A stretch of DNA of 64,000 nucleotides from an uncultured Acidobacteriota bacterium (GTDB lineage: Bacteria > Acidobacteriota > DATKUA01), in NCBI GenBank assembly GCA_964408025.1, contig CAYOXX010000002.1:97711-161710 (forward strand). Direction: 5' to 3'. Position 1 is the first letter of the stretch, and each line of letters starts with the position of its first letter. The notes beneath the pieces are model-generated. The model searched no databases. It was not told where the DNA came from and saw nothing but the letters and a program-made list of their open reading frames with translations. Made by a program: the position numbers and the translations under genes. This document shows, piece by piece, positions 49,380-59,926 of the stretch.

Positions 49380-50111
49380 ATGAGATCGCTAAAGGTAATT
49401 ATCTTCCGCGATACCGACAAGCCTTACACCCTCATTCTCTCCCCAGCGCTCATGATCGCACTCTCGTTCTCGCTGGTTGCCATAACCTCGCTGCTGACCT
49501 TCTCCGTGATCAGCAACGTCCTGCTTCTCTCCGAGGACACGGCGGCCGGTAGCGACCGGTCCGCTGCCTCTGCGGACCGAACAGGTCGGGATGAGGCCGC
49601 CGTCGCTGAGGGAGCCGAGGTAAGCGGCACCGCGGAACCCGACGCCGCCCCGGCCGAAACTCGCGAGGGCGTCGCGGAGCCCGAGGAGGGCGCGTTGGAG
49701 CTGCCGGCTGTCGAAAACAACCTCGAACCGTGGATCGCCGACGACAGCATGTTCAGCGTGCAGGTGATAGGTGGGCCGGATTTCGAGGCCGGCGAAGTCA
49801 GCCTCGACACTCGCATCTCCAAAGAGGTCGACCGCGGTAGGGTCGGCAGCGGCCGCTACGTCGCCGCCCTGGTCACCAGCGACGGCCTCCTCGAACCGGT
49901 TTTCCCCGCCGAGGGCATGGTCAGGGCGGAAGGCAGCCGCATCGTCAACCCCGAAGACGGTGAGCTGTTCAGAATCGCCTACAGCAGGGATATCTCCTTC
50001 AGCTTTGCTGCCGGCGACGCCGAGCAGCACGCCGCGCTGGCCATCTTCCTATTCGACGCAGAGACCCGACGGTTACTGTGCAGAACTATTGTAGAGTTGT
50101 CCGCGAGATAA
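49380..50111 (+). CDS. Membrane-anchored hypothetical protein (one N-terminal TM helix, acidic linker)
   Basis: ORF track. It overlaps the next gene by 34 nt. Confidence 0.4.
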   Translation: MRSLKVIIFRDTDKPYTLILSPALMIALSFSLVAITSLLTFSVISNVLLLSEDTAAGSDRSAASADRTGRDEAAVAEGAEVSGTAEPDAAPAETREGVAEPEEGALELPAVENNLEPWIADDSMFSVQVIGGPDFEAGEVSLDTRISKEVDRGRVGSGRYVAALVTSDGLLEPVFPAEGMVRAEGSRIVNPEDGELFRIAYSRDISFSFAAGDAEQHAALAIFLFDAETRRLLCRTIVELSAR

Positions 50112-51943
50112 CGCCCCGCCCGAGGGGCCGACGCCGGCCGAGGCTTGCGGCGATCTCCATCGTGCTCCTGCTCGCCGCCGGCGCGGTCGCCCAGGACGGT
50201 TCTCCCACCCCCAACACCAGCACCGCTCCCAACACCGAACACATAGTATATCTCCCTCATACCGATCACGAGCTGCACGTCTACCGCATCTTTGGCAGGG
50301 AGCCAGGGAACACGGTAATCATCATCGGCGGCATCCACGGCAACGAACCCGGCGGCTACCTGGCGGCGGACAAGTACGTCGACCTCAACCTGCGCCGCGG
50401 TAACCTAATCGTGGTTCCCAGGGCAAACCTGCTGTCGATTCTCAGCAACGACCGCGGAGTGGGCGGCGACTACAATCGCCGCTTCGACAGCCCCCTGAGC
50501 GCGGACAGCAACGACGACCAGGTAATCATGGTGCTGCAGCAGCTGATCGAGGAAAGCGACGTTCTGCTCAACCTGCACGACGGCAGCGGCTTCTACCGCG
50601 ACACCTACATCGACCGGCTGCACAATCCCTACCGCTTCGGCCAGTCGATCATCGTCGACTGCGAGAGCTACCGCTCCGAGCGCAGCGGCGAGGTGCTTCC
50701 CCTCGGCGAGATCGCCCGCAGTGTCGTGTCCAGAGTCAACGAACAGATCGAGAACGCGAGCTACCACTTCCACTTCAGCAACCACGATTCCCTCGCCGCC
50801 GACACGCGCTACCCGGAGATGCGCAGGACGGCCACCTACTTCGCCCTTACCCGCTTCGGCATCCCGGCGTTCGGCATCGAGACCTCGAAGCTGCTCCCGA
50901 GCACGGAGATGAAGGTCGCCCACCAGCTCCTGGCCATCAACGCCATCCTCGACGAGTTCGGCATCGAGGTAGACGTGCCGGGCCTCCGGGTGGACCCGCC
51001 GCGCTTCGATTACGCCGTCGTCTCGGTAAACGACCGTGAGGACCTGGTCGTGCGCGACGGCGGCACGCTTCGGGTGCGCGAGAGCGACACAGTCAGGATC
51101 GACCACATCGTCGGCAACTACGAGCGCCACATGTATGCCGACTTCCAGGGAATCGGCGGGCGCAACGACAATGGTCGCCAGGTTCCCGTGACGCGGCCGC
51201 TGCGGGTGCGTGTACGCAAGGACGCGGATATCTGCGGCGGCTTTCAGATAGTACCTCGTCCCGAAACCGAGGCCCCGGCGCGGGTGGCCGGCACGCCCTC
51301 GTCGGCCAATTTCATCATCGAGGTCAACGGCCACAGGGAGCTGGTGCCGGGGGGTGGCGAGCTCGAGGTGATCCGCGGCGACCTGCTGCGGGTTCTCGAC
51401 TACCTAGCTCCTGGCCTCCCCGCGGGCATCAACGTGAACTTTCTGGGCTACGTCAGCAACCCCCAGAACAACAGGGGCGAGGACCGCGGCTCCCTGATCT
51501 ACACAGCTGACGATCTGCTGGTCAACTGGTCGGTGGACGGGCGCGGCGAGCGCTATGCCATCGCAGTCAAGCTTGGCAGTCGCGAGCTAACCAGGATGAC
51601 CGTGCGCCTCCTGGAGCCGCAGCTCGACTACGTCGTCGTCCGACGCAACCAAGATCGGCCAGTGGTCCTGCAAGCTGGGGAGCGCTGGCACCTGCACGTC
51701 GGCGACCGCCTGACCGTCCTCGGCGCGGCCACCAGCGCCCCCGACGAGCGCTCGTTGAGCTACCGCCTCTGCAATGCCGACGGGCGGGAACTGCAGCTGC
51801 GGGAAAGCAGTTTCGTCGCCGGCCGGGGCGGACCGGGCAGTGCACTGACCCTCTCGGTCCTGCGCGGCGAGCAGACGATGGGATCCGTAACCTTCTTACT
51901 TACCGAAGCCGCGGACGGCGCCATAGGCAGGGGGCGCCGCTGA
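50078..51943 (+). CDS. M14-family zinc carboxypeptidase (succinylglutamate desuccinylase / aspartoacylase-like subfamily) with a large C-terminal extension, secreted
   Basis: IIGGIHGNEPGG and a HDGSG region. GTG start. Confidence 0.65.
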   Translation: MQNYCRVVREITPRPRGRRRPRLAAISIVLLLAAGAVAQDGSPTPNTSTAPNTEHIVYLPHTDHELHVYRIFGREPGNTVIIIGGIHGNEPGGYLAADKYVDLNLRRGNLIVVPRANLLSILSNDRGVGGDYNRRFDSPLSADSNDDQVIMVLQQLIEESDVLLNLHDGSGFYRDTYIDRLHNPYRFGQSIIVDCESYRSERSGEVLPLGEIARSVVSRVNEQIENASYHFHFSNHDSLAADTRYPEMRRTATYFALTRFGIPAFGIETSKLLPSTEMKVAHQLLAINAILDEFGIEVDVPGLRVDPPRFDYAVVSVNDREDLVVRDGGTLRVRESDTVRIDHIVGNYERHMYADFQGIGGRNDNGRQVPVTRPLRVRVRKDADICGGFQIVPRPETEAPARVAGTPSSANFIIEVNGHRELVPGGGELEVIRGDLLRVLDYLAPGLPAGINVNFLGYVSNPQNNRGEDRGSLIYTADDLLVNWSVDGRGERYAIAVKLGSRELTRMTVRLLEPQLDYVVVRRNQDRPVVLQAGERWHLHVGDRLTVLGAATSAPDERSLSYRLCNADGRELQLRESSFVAGRGGPGSALTLSVLRGEQTMGSVTFLLTEAADGAIGRGRR

Positions 51944-51988
51944 CCACTATCCTGTATTGGCTCTCTTCCGGAACGCTTCGAGAACGGT

Positions 51989-53221
51989 TCAATCGGCGGC
52001 CCGCCGCGGTGCCGGTGTAACCAGGTCGCCGACCCTGAGCGAATCAACCGCGTAGGTTATCCGCCCAGTGGCGGTTGTAGAGAAGACGCGGAAAACGATG
52101 AGCTCGGCGACGACGCGGTGGATTTCCGCCTGGACCCTATCCCCTCGGCGCAGCTGCATGTTGCGCGTCGAGAGAGACCGACTGCGGAACGCCTGCACGC
52201 GGTCGCCGATCCTCAGGCCGTGTTCCGAACCCAGATTGATAGCGACGACGTCCCCCGTGCCCACACCGAGGCTCTCGTAATTGGTGTAGACGATGGCCCC
52301 GACCGGTCCGTGCCCCAGTTCGATGTACTGCGCCTCGGTGTCGAAGACACGCCTTGTCCACACCACCGGGTTGGGGCGGGGCTCGTAAGGCGTCAGGATC
52401 GCCCCCTCCGTGAGACCGTCGCAGCCCATGACGACCTCCGCGACCACGTGATCCTCGCCCGCCAGGATCACCCTGACGAGCCCGACCTCTTGGAACGCGG
52501 TGCCGACCTGGGAGTCGCTAAGCGGATCGGAAACCGGCCCCACCAGGTTCGCAGTCACGAACATGTCGCCCACGGCGACCCTGTCCCTACCGTGATTCAT
52601 GTAGACGATGTCGTAGGTGCTGGCCTCTATCTGCCCCGCCTCCTCCTTGCCGATCACCCAGAGGTCGGTGTCCGGCAGGACGGGATAGACGACGCAACTG
52701 CAGTAGAGATCCAACTCGCTCAAGGCCAGCCTGTATTCGGGGCTCTGCCTCGGCTCGGTGGCGAAGACCGTCCTCGCTTCCGGGACAAACTCCTCCTCGA
52801 GAGCTTCCGGTTCGGGCTCCGCCGCCGCGGGCCGCTCCCGAGGCTGTTCTTCCGGCTTGCCCTCCTCGCCCACAGCGCCCGCCTCGGCAACCACCCTGCC
52901 GGGCTCGGCGATCGCCAGGCCGGGTAGCACTAGGGGGTCGCCGGGGTAGATCCAGTGCGGATCGGCAATGTAGGGATTGGCGCTGTGGATGTTGGGCCAC
53001 ACCAGCGGGTTGTCGTAATGGCGCTCGGCGATGTCCCAGAGGGTGTCGCCGCGCACGATGATATAGACCCTGGCGCCCGCAGGGAACGTAGTCGGATAGG
53101 TGTAGCGCGACCAGTGGTCCGTGACCAGCCGTGTAGGCTGCTCGCGCTCCTCCTCCTGCGCCGCGGCGGCCGCCGCCAGGACCAGCGCCGCAAGCATCGC
53201 CAGCGTCAGGGCTTGCCTCAT
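51989..53221 (-). CDS. Secreted LysM-domain peptidoglycan-binding protein with a C-terminal beta-rich domain
   Basis: LysM consensus YIIVRGDTLWDIAERHY... Confidence 0.65.
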   Translation of the reverse strand: MRQALTLAMLAALVLAAAAAAQEEEREQPTRLVTDHWSRYTYPTTFPAGARVYIIVRGDTLWDIAERHYDNPLVWPNIHSANPYIADPHWIYPGDPLVLPGLAIAEPGRVVAEAGAVGEEGKPEEQPRERPAAAEPEPEALEEEFVPEARTVFATEPRQSPEYRLALSELDLYCSCVVYPVLPDTDLWVIGKEEAGQIEASTYDIVYMNHGRDRVAVGDMFVTANLVGPVSDPLSDSQVGTAFQEVGLVRVILAGEDHVVAEVVMGCDGLTEGAILTPYEPRPNPVVWTRRVFDTEAQYIELGHGPVGAIVYTNYESLGVGTGDVVAINLGSEHGLRIGDRVQAFRSRSLSTRNMQLRRGDRVQAEIHRVVAELIVFRVFSTTATGRITYAVDSLRVGDLVTPAPRRAAD

Positions 53222-53490
53222 GGTCTCGCCTCACTCTGTGGTTTGCGAAATGAGCTAAATGACTGATCGCATAATCGTACACTAGATTGCCGGCGTAGTC
53301 AACCATAAATGCCGCCCTGTCAGTAAATTGCGCGCGATCGGCAAAAAAGATCGTCCGTAGCGAAGTCGCACGGCTGCCGCTCCCACGGGCGCGGCAGCGC
53401 CGTGTCGAGGGGCGAGGGATTAAAATCGGGCGCAGCAAAGAGATTCGAGAAAAGGGTCTGCCGGACGGCTAATCTTGTGGAAAGTGCGGG

Positions 53491-54606
53491 CTAGTCGGGC
53501 CAGACGTCATCGCGGGCAAGTCGCGGCAGCGTCAAGTCGTAGAAGAGCCGTGTCGGTTTCTTCCCGCAGTGTTGCAGAAAATCGTTGTCCCGCAGCGACT
53601 CCAGGAAAGCCTCCACCATCTCCTTGTCGTAGGCGGTCCCCGCCAGGCGCCGAAGCTCGCCGATTGCCTCGGCGGTGTCCAAGGCGGGGCGCCAGGGGCG
53701 AGCGTGGATCATGGCGTCAAAGCTGTCGCAGATGGCCACCAGACGGGCGCAGGCGGGTATCTCGTCGCCCCTCAGGCCATCGGGGTAGCCGCTCCCATCC
53801 AGCCTCTCGTGGTGCAGCCTGATGACCGGAATCACGGGGCTGAAATCTGCCAGGTTGCCCACTATCCGCGCCCCCTCCTGCGCGTGGCTGCGCAGCAGCG
53901 CCCTCTCCTCGGCAGTAAGCGGTCCGGTTTTATACAGTACCGCTTCCGGCAGCGCCAGCTTGCCGATATCGGAAATCGGCGCCCCGAGCAGGATCTGGGA
54001 GAGGCGCTTGCTTCCCCAGCCGAGAGCAGTCGCAGTGTCGAGCGCCATGATCGTTATCCGCTCCGTGCGCCCGTAGAGGTAAGTTTCGCGGCTCTCAAGA
54101 GCGTTGCCGAAGATGTGTACGGTCTTGTAGAAGGTCTCCCCGAGCCGGTAGTCGGCCAGCCGAATCCCTTCCGCCCTCTGCTTGACCTTCCGCCTGAGCT
54201 CCGCCCTGTAAGCAATGTTCTCGGTCTCGAGGCGCCTCTTTTCCAATATCTTGCGGACTGAATGGTCCAGCGACTGCAGGGTGAAGGGCTTTAACAGGTA
54301 ATCGTCGGCGCCGAAACGAATCGCCTCCAGCGCGCTGGGGATGTTGCCGTAGGCCGTGATGACGACGATGCTGGAGTCCGCCGCAGTCTTCTTGACACGC
54401 TTCGAGAATTCGATGCCGTCGATCCCGGGCAGCTTCATGTCGGTGACGATCAGAGCGTAGCTGCTCCGTTGCAGCTTCTCGAGTGCCTCCTCGGCGCTCT
54501 CGCAGTCCTCGGTGGCGTAGCCCTGAGAACCGAGAAACTGCGAGATGGCTTCCCTGATGCCCTCCTCGTCGTCGACTACCAGGATTGTTGGCGATTCTTC
54601 ACTCAT
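53491..54606 (-). CDS. Response regulator with an HD-GYP c-di-GMP phosphodiesterase domain (RpfG-like). Start trimmed to MSEESPT
   Basis: Receiver domain motifs (DD, a phospho-acceptor D, K) plus HD ... HHERLDGSGYP. Confidence 0.8.
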   Translation of the reverse strand: MSEESPTILVVDDEEGIREAISQFLGSQGYATEDCESAEEALEKLQRSSYALIVTDMKLPGIDGIEFSKRVKKTAADSSIVVITAYGNIPSALEAIRFGADDYLLKPFTLQSLDHSVRKILEKRRLETENIAYRAELRRKVKQRAEGIRLADYRLGETFYKTVHIFGNALESRETYLYGRTERITIMALDTATALGWGSKRLSQILLGAPISDIGKLALPEAVLYKTGPLTAEERALLRSHAQEGARIVGNLADFSPVIPVIRLHHERLDGSGYPDGLRGDEIPACARLVAICDSFDAMIHARPWRPALDTAEAIGELRRLAGTAYDKEMVEAFLESLRDNDFLQHCGKKPTRLFYDLTLPRLARDDVWPD

Positions 54607-54737
54607 AACCAGCCGCCGCTGGTGGAATCTCGCAACCGATTCTCGCTTCCCCGAGCGGGCGAGCAGGCCCACGCCCTCCGCCGATCCGGCAGCAGCGATC
54701 TCGGCTCGCTACCCTCGCCGTACTGCCGGCGGGCCGG

Positions 54738-55733
54738 CTAGCCCGCCATCTTCTTCATAAGGTCGACCAAGCGGCAGGAGTATCCCCACTCGTTGTCGTA
54801 CCAGGAGACCGCCTTCACCAGGTTGCCGTTGACCTTGGTGGAGAGGCTGTCGAACACGGACGAGTGGGAGTTGCCGATTATGTCGGCGCTGACTATCGGA
54901 TCGACCGCGTATTCGAGGATGCCGCTCATCGGCCCCTGCGCAGCGGCGCTCATGAAGCCGTTGACCTCCTCGACGGACGTCTCGCGCCCGACGACACAGA
55001 CCAGGTCGGTAATCGAGCCGTTGAGCACCGGCACCCGCATCGCCATGCCGTCCAGCCTGCCGTCCAGGTGGGGAAGCACCTTGCAGACGGCCTTGGCGGC
55101 GCCGGTAGTGGTGGGGACAATGTTGGCCGCCGCTGCGCGGCCGCGCCTGGCGCGCCACTTCTTGCTCGGCCCGTCGATCAGAGTCTGCCCGCCGGTGTAT
55201 GCGTGCACCGTGGTCATGAAGCCGTGCTCGAGGCCGAGGTTGTCGTCGAGCACCTTTACCAGCGGCGCCAGGCAGTTGGTGGTGCAGGAGGCGTTGGAGA
55301 CGATGGTGTCGTCCGCCGTCAGCGTCTCATCGTTTACGCCGATCACCACCATCTTGACGTCGCCCTTCGGCGGGGCCGAGAGCGCCACCTTCCTGGCGCC
55401 GGCTTGCAGGTGGAGCCCGGCGGTGTCGGGAGCGAGGAATATACCCGTGCTATCGAGCACGACGTCGACGCCAAGATCACGCCAGGGGAGCGCGGCCGGG
55501 TCGGGCTCGCCCAGGACCTTGACCGCCTTGCCGTCGACTACCAGCGAGTCGCCCCTGATCTCCAGGTCGGCCCCCAGCACTCCGCAAACAGTGTCGTAGC
55601 GCAGTAGGTAGGCAAGCTGCTCAATCTCGAGAAGATCGTTGACGGCGACGAAGTTGATGTCGGGATCGTTGTAGGACACCCGGAAGGCCGAGCGACCGAT
55701 GCGGCCGAAGCCGTTGATAGCGACGTTAATCAT
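54738..55733 (-). CDS. gap: Glyceraldehyde-3-phosphate dehydrogenase
   Basis: NGFGRIGR and the active site ASCTTNCLAP. Confidence 0.95.
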   Translation of the reverse strand: MINVAINGFGRIGRSAFRVSYNDPDINFVAVNDLLEIEQLAYLLRYDTVCGVLGADLEIRGDSLVVDGKAVKVLGEPDPAALPWRDLGVDVVLDSTGIFLAPDTAGLHLQAGARKVALSAPPKGDVKMVVIGVNDETLTADDTIVSNASCTTNCLAPLVKVLDDNLGLEHGFMTTVHAYTGGQTLIDGPSKKWRARRGRAAAANIVPTTTGAAKAVCKVLPHLDGRLDGMAMRVPVLNGSITDLVCVVGRETSVEEVNGFMSAAAQGPMSGILEYAVDPIVSADIIGNSHSSVFDSLSTKVNGNLVKAVSWYDNEWGYSCRLVDLMKKMAG

Positions 55734-55959
55734 CAGTTTAACCTCATAAAAAAATGAAGACCCGTTATACTTCCCGGACTCCTGAATCTCGTCTTAGCCA
55801 GGTGACGATTATACGGGTCGCCAAACCGGACGGCAAGCAAACGGTGGCAGAAAACTGGAAAGCTATCCCCGACTTTCTCCCGCCCCCATAGACTGCTGCG
55901 CGCCTTTGGACTCGCCGCCAGCGCGCAGTGGAATCGCTTTCTGTCCTTTTAGATCGTTA

Positions 55960-56994
55960 TCAGCGCTGCCTGATGTCGAGGTCGCCGGAGCCGGTGTCAA
56001 CGCGAACGCGAGTACGCCCGTCGCCGAGGCGAAATCCGATCAACTCGCCGTCGTCGTAGTGCTGCCGCACCGGATCTTCGCGCAGGTGATGGTTCAGCCT
56101 ACCGCTTCCGGCGTCGAATTCGACATCGAGAGAAGCGCCCATCGGCACCTCCAGAGTCACGTCGCCGCTACCTGTGTCGACGATTATCCGGTCGCAATCG
56201 GCGTTGTCCAGGTCGACATGAACATCGCCGCTTCCTGTGTCCACCAATACACGGCTCGCGTTAATACCGAATAGTTGCACGTCGCCGCTGCCCGTATCGG
56301 CACTGATGGAGCCCTCCAGGCCGCGAAACGTCACATCGCCGCTACCGGTGTCGACCGATACATCTCCCCTGACGTCGGCTAGCTCCACATCGCCGGAGCC
56401 GGTATCGACGGACAGGGAGCCGACATGCTCGGATCCGGTTACATCGCCGGAGCCGGTGTCGACACTCAAGTCGGCCTCGAGTCCGGAGAAATCAACCGGG
56501 CCGACGCACGAATCGGCCAGCAGCGAGGAGCCCGCCGGCACGCCCAGCCTGACATCGGCCCAGAGCGCGAGGCCCCGGCCTCTGCGGCTGGTGATCCGCA
56601 CCCGCGTGCCATCGAACTCGGTGTTGCTGTCACCACTATAGGGCCTGTCTCCCGTACCCGGGTAGAAATAAGTGCGGTGCCGGTCCAGCGGCAGGCTGGC
56701 GATCACGATCAGGCGGCCACCGCGGGTTCGCGTCTCGAAGCCCATCATCTCGCCGATCCGCGCCGCCTCCTCGGCCGTCTCACCGATGCTGTGGATCGTC
56801 GCCTCGAGTGTGAACTCGCTGCCCCCGTTCGGCTCTATGGTGATCGCGCCAGCAAGGAGTACCAGCGCGAACTCATCGGCCGCGCCGAGGGAAAAGGATC
56901 GCGTAATCGTTCGCGTCGCGTGCTCGTCGGCGACGGCCGCCGCTGTGAGGAACGCTAGCAATAGGATCGCTATTGACGCATGCTTAAGCCTCAT
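55960..56994 (-). CDS. Secreted DUF4097-like putative adhesin with about 9 tandem VDTGSGDV repeats
   Basis: Signal peptide and a repeated 18-20-aa unit. The underlying DNA is repetitive at about 55975-56520. Confidence 0.6.
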   Translation of the reverse strand: MRLKHASIAILLLAFLTAAAVADEHATRTITRSFSLGAADEFALVLLAGAITIEPNGGSEFTLEATIHSIGETAEEAARIGEMMGFETRTRGGRLIVIASLPLDRHRTYFYPGTGDRPYSGDSNTEFDGTRVRITSRRGRGLALWADVRLGVPAGSSLLADSCVGPVDFSGLEADLSVDTGSGDVTGSEHVGSLSVDTGSGDVELADVRGDVSVDTGSGDVTFRGLEGSISADTGSGDVQLFGINASRVLVDTGSGDVHVDLDNADCDRIIVDTGSGDVTLEVPMGASLDVEFDAGSGRLNHHLREDPVRQHYDDGELIGFRLGDGRTRVRVDTGSGDLDIRQR

Positions 56995-57186
56995 CTGAAT
57001 CCTCCTTGTCGTATACTCTCCCTGTTAACCATATAGACGGAAAAAACCGTTCGGGGGTTGCCCTGTTGCGCGGAGCTTGATAGTAACGGACCGATTCCTT
57101 AGAATCTGGCTTGGCAAGCAGCCTCGCGCCGGCGACCGGGGCGGGCATTTCGTGTTCTGGGTTTTCTTTTCGGAAGGGGGAATCGT

Positions 57187-58494
57187 GTGAATATCAGCGT
57201 TGTCGGCAGCGGATACGTGGGTCTGGTCACCGGGACCTGCTTCGCCGAGTTCGGGCTCACGGTGACCTGTGCCGACAAGGTCAAGGGCAAGATCAGGATG
57301 CTCCAGAAGGGCGAGCTGCCGATCTACGAGCCGGGGCTCGAGGAGCTGGTGAAGAAGAACATGCGCGAGGGGCGCCTGATCTTCACCTCCGACATCGCCG
57401 AGGCGGTTCGGGGCGCGCTGGCGATCTTCATCGCCGTGGGCACGCCGTCGCGCGAGGACGGCACGGCCGACCTCAGCTACGTCGACGAGGTGGCGCGTGA
57501 GATCGCCCACAACATGAACGGCTACAAGGTCATCGTCACCAAGAGCACCGTGCCCGTGGGCACCGGCGAGCACATCCGCTCCATCATCCGCGCTGAGCAG
57601 AAGGCGAAGGTGAACTTCGACGTCGTCTCCAACCCGGAGTTCCTGCGCGAGGGCTCGGCGGTCAACGACTTCATGCGCCCCGACCGCGTCGTCATCGGCG
57701 CCAACTCCGATCAGGCGATCGCCATCATGAAGGACCTCTACCAGCCGCTCTACCTGCTCGAGACCCCGTTCGTGATCACCAACGTCGAGACCTCCGAGAT
57801 GATCAAGTACGCCTCCAACGCCTTCCTGGCCACCAAGATCAGCTTCATCAACGAGATCGCCGACCTCTGCGAGCTGACCGGCGCCGACGTGCATCAGGTC
57901 GCCCGCGGCATGGGCCTGGACGGCCGCATCGGCCCGAAATTCCTCCACCCCGGCCCCGGCTACGGCGGCAGCTGCTTCCCCAAGGACACCCTGGCCATCA
58001 CCAGCATCGCCCGCAAGCACGAGCACGAGCTGGAGATCGTCGAGGCCACCATACGGGTCAACGACAAGCGCAAGCAACAGATGGCCGACAAGATCGTCGC
58101 CTTCCTCGACGGCAAGGTCGAGGGGCTGACCATCGGCATCCTCGGCCTCGCCTTCAAGCCCAACACCGACGACATGCGGCACGCGCCCACGCTGACCATC
58201 GTCCCCGCCCTGCAGCGCCTCGGCGCCAGGATCAGGGCCTACGATCCGGCTGCCATGGAGGAGGCGGCCAAGATGCTCGAGGAGGTCGAGTACTGCGAGG
58301 ACCCGTACGAGGTTGCCGACGGCAGCGACGCGGTGGTGATCCTCACCGAGTGGCCGCAGTTCCGCAACCTCAACCTCGAGGAACTCAAGAAGCGCCTCAA
58401 GTCGCCCAACGTCATCGACCTGAGGAATATCTATGAGCCGGCCAGGATGATGGAGATGGGTTTCAACTACGCATGCGTCGGCCGCCCTGTTTGA
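57187..58494 (+). CDS. ugd: UDP-glucose 6-dehydrogenase
   Basis: GSGYVG Rossmann motif, catalytic Cys (GGSCFPKD). GTG start with a GGAAGGGGG Shine-Dalgarno. Confidence 0.9.
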   Translation: MNISVVGSGYVGLVTGTCFAEFGLTVTCADKVKGKIRMLQKGELPIYEPGLEELVKKNMREGRLIFTSDIAEAVRGALAIFIAVGTPSREDGTADLSYVDEVAREIAHNMNGYKVIVTKSTVPVGTGEHIRSIIRAEQKAKVNFDVVSNPEFLREGSAVNDFMRPDRVVIGANSDQAIAIMKDLYQPLYLLETPFVITNVETSEMIKYASNAFLATKISFINEIADLCELTGADVHQVARGMGLDGRIGPKFLHPGPGYGGSCFPKDTLAITSIARKHEHELEIVEATIRVNDKRKQQMADKIVAFLDGKVEGLTIGILGLAFKPNTDDMRHAPTLTIVPALQRLGARIRAYDPAAMEEAAKMLEEVEYCEDPYEVADGSDAVVILTEWPQFRNLNLEELKKRLKSPNVIDLRNIYEPARMMEMGFNYACVGRPV

Positions 58495-58513
58495 ACAAAC
58501 CCGGGAGGGCGTA

Positions 58514-59926
58514 TTGAGCGAGCGTATCGTTGACGAACAGTTTGTCGCGGAGCTGGAGGCCGATAGTCGGCGCCGCCGCGCGCTCGACGAGCGCTTCGCC
58601 CGCCTCGAGCAGCTCCTGGAGCGCAGCGACGAGGAGATCGTCGGCGGCGGCCGCCTGAAAAGGGTCCTGTTCCGCTTCCTGAGGTCCGCCCTGATCCCCA
58701 CCCCCCTGCTCGAACACCAGCGTGAGATCCGGGCCGGGCAGCTGCGCCTGCTGCGCGAGCTCTGGTCGCAGGCATCCGAGCGACTCGATTCCGCCGAGGA
58801 CCGGCTGCTGCAGCTCTACGTCAAGGTCGGCGAATCACTATCCGCCCTGCGAGCGGATATCCTGGGCGGCGTCGAGGAGCGCATCGGCGGCCTCGCCGAA
58901 GAGGTGAGCGGCCGGGCCCTGCGCGAGGCCCGCGAAGAAAGCGAAAAGCGCCACCGCGAGGTGACCCTCGAGATGCGCCGCCTCGCCGCCGACCTGGTCA
59001 GCCGCACCGACCTGCTGACCGGCCACCTCGAGCAAGAGGTGGCGGCGCTGAGCCACGACCTCGAGCGGCACGTAAGCTTCGCCGGCGAGAGGCTTGACGG
59101 CTGCCGCACCGATGTCGACGAGATGCGGGATCGGCTGGTCTCGGTGCGCGAACGGGTCCGCATGCTGACACTCGAGCTGCCCCCCCCCGCCCCCTCCTTC
59201 GGGAAGCCGGCCGAGGGCGAGGCGGGCACGCCGCCTACCGACGCCGAGTACGCGGCGCACCTGGACCGCTTCCGCGGCAGCCCGGATGAGATCGCCCGCC
59301 GACAACGGCTTTACATCGATTACTTCCGCGAGAGCGCTCCCGTCCTCGATGTCGGCTGCGGCCGCGGCGAATTCCTCGAGTTGCTGGCCGCCGATGGAAT
59401 CGAGGCCTACGGAATCGACGTCAACTCAGAGATCGTCAAGGCCAACAAAGAACGCGGCCTCAAGGTGATCAGGGCGGACCTGCTCGAGCACCTCAGGAAA
59501 GCGAAGGAAGGATCCCTGGGCGGCATTCTCGCGGCACAGGTGGTTGAGCACCTGGACGAGCCGCAGTTGCGCTCCTTCCTCACACAGTCCCATCGTGTGC
59601 TGAGGGATGGCGGTGTGCTCATCGCGGAGACGCTGAATCCGGAATCGATCTACGCGATGACCCGTTACTTCTACCAGGATTACACCCACCACGCTCCCCT
59701 GCCGCCCGAGCTGCTGCGCTTCTACGCCGAGCTAGCGGGGTTCGCCGAAGTGGAGGTCAAGATGCTCTCCGAGGTGCCGGAGGCGGAGCGCCTGCAGCCG
59801 GTCGAACTGGAAGCGGCCGCTCCGGCGGCGATCGAGTCGGCCTTCCGGCGGCTGAACCGGGATATCGAGCGGCTGAACGATTTCCTCTACGGTCACCTCG
59901 AATATGCGGTCATGGCCACGAAATGA
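58514..59926 (+). CDS. Class I SAM-dependent methyltransferase with a long N-terminal coiled-coil domain
   Basis: Motif I VLDVGCGRGEF. ATGA overlap with the downstream GT4. Confidence 0.65.
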   Translation: MSERIVDEQFVAELEADSRRRRALDERFARLEQLLERSDEEIVGGGRLKRVLFRFLRSALIPTPLLEHQREIRAGQLRLLRELWSQASERLDSAEDRLLQLYVKVGESLSALRADILGGVEERIGGLAEEVSGRALREAREESEKRHREVTLEMRRLAADLVSRTDLLTGHLEQEVAALSHDLERHVSFAGERLDGCRTDVDEMRDRLVSVRERVRMLTLELPPPAPSFGKPAEGEAGTPPTDAEYAAHLDRFRGSPDEIARRQRLYIDYFRESAPVLDVGCGRGEFLELLAADGIEAYGIDVNSEIVKANKERGLKVIRADLLEHLRKAKEGSLGGILAAQVVEHLDEPQLRSFLTQSHRVLRDGGVLIAETLNPESIYAMTRYFYQDYTHHAPLPPELLRFYAELAGFAEVEVKMLSEVPEAERLQPVELEAAAPAAIESAFRRLNRDIERLNDFLYGHLEYAVMATK

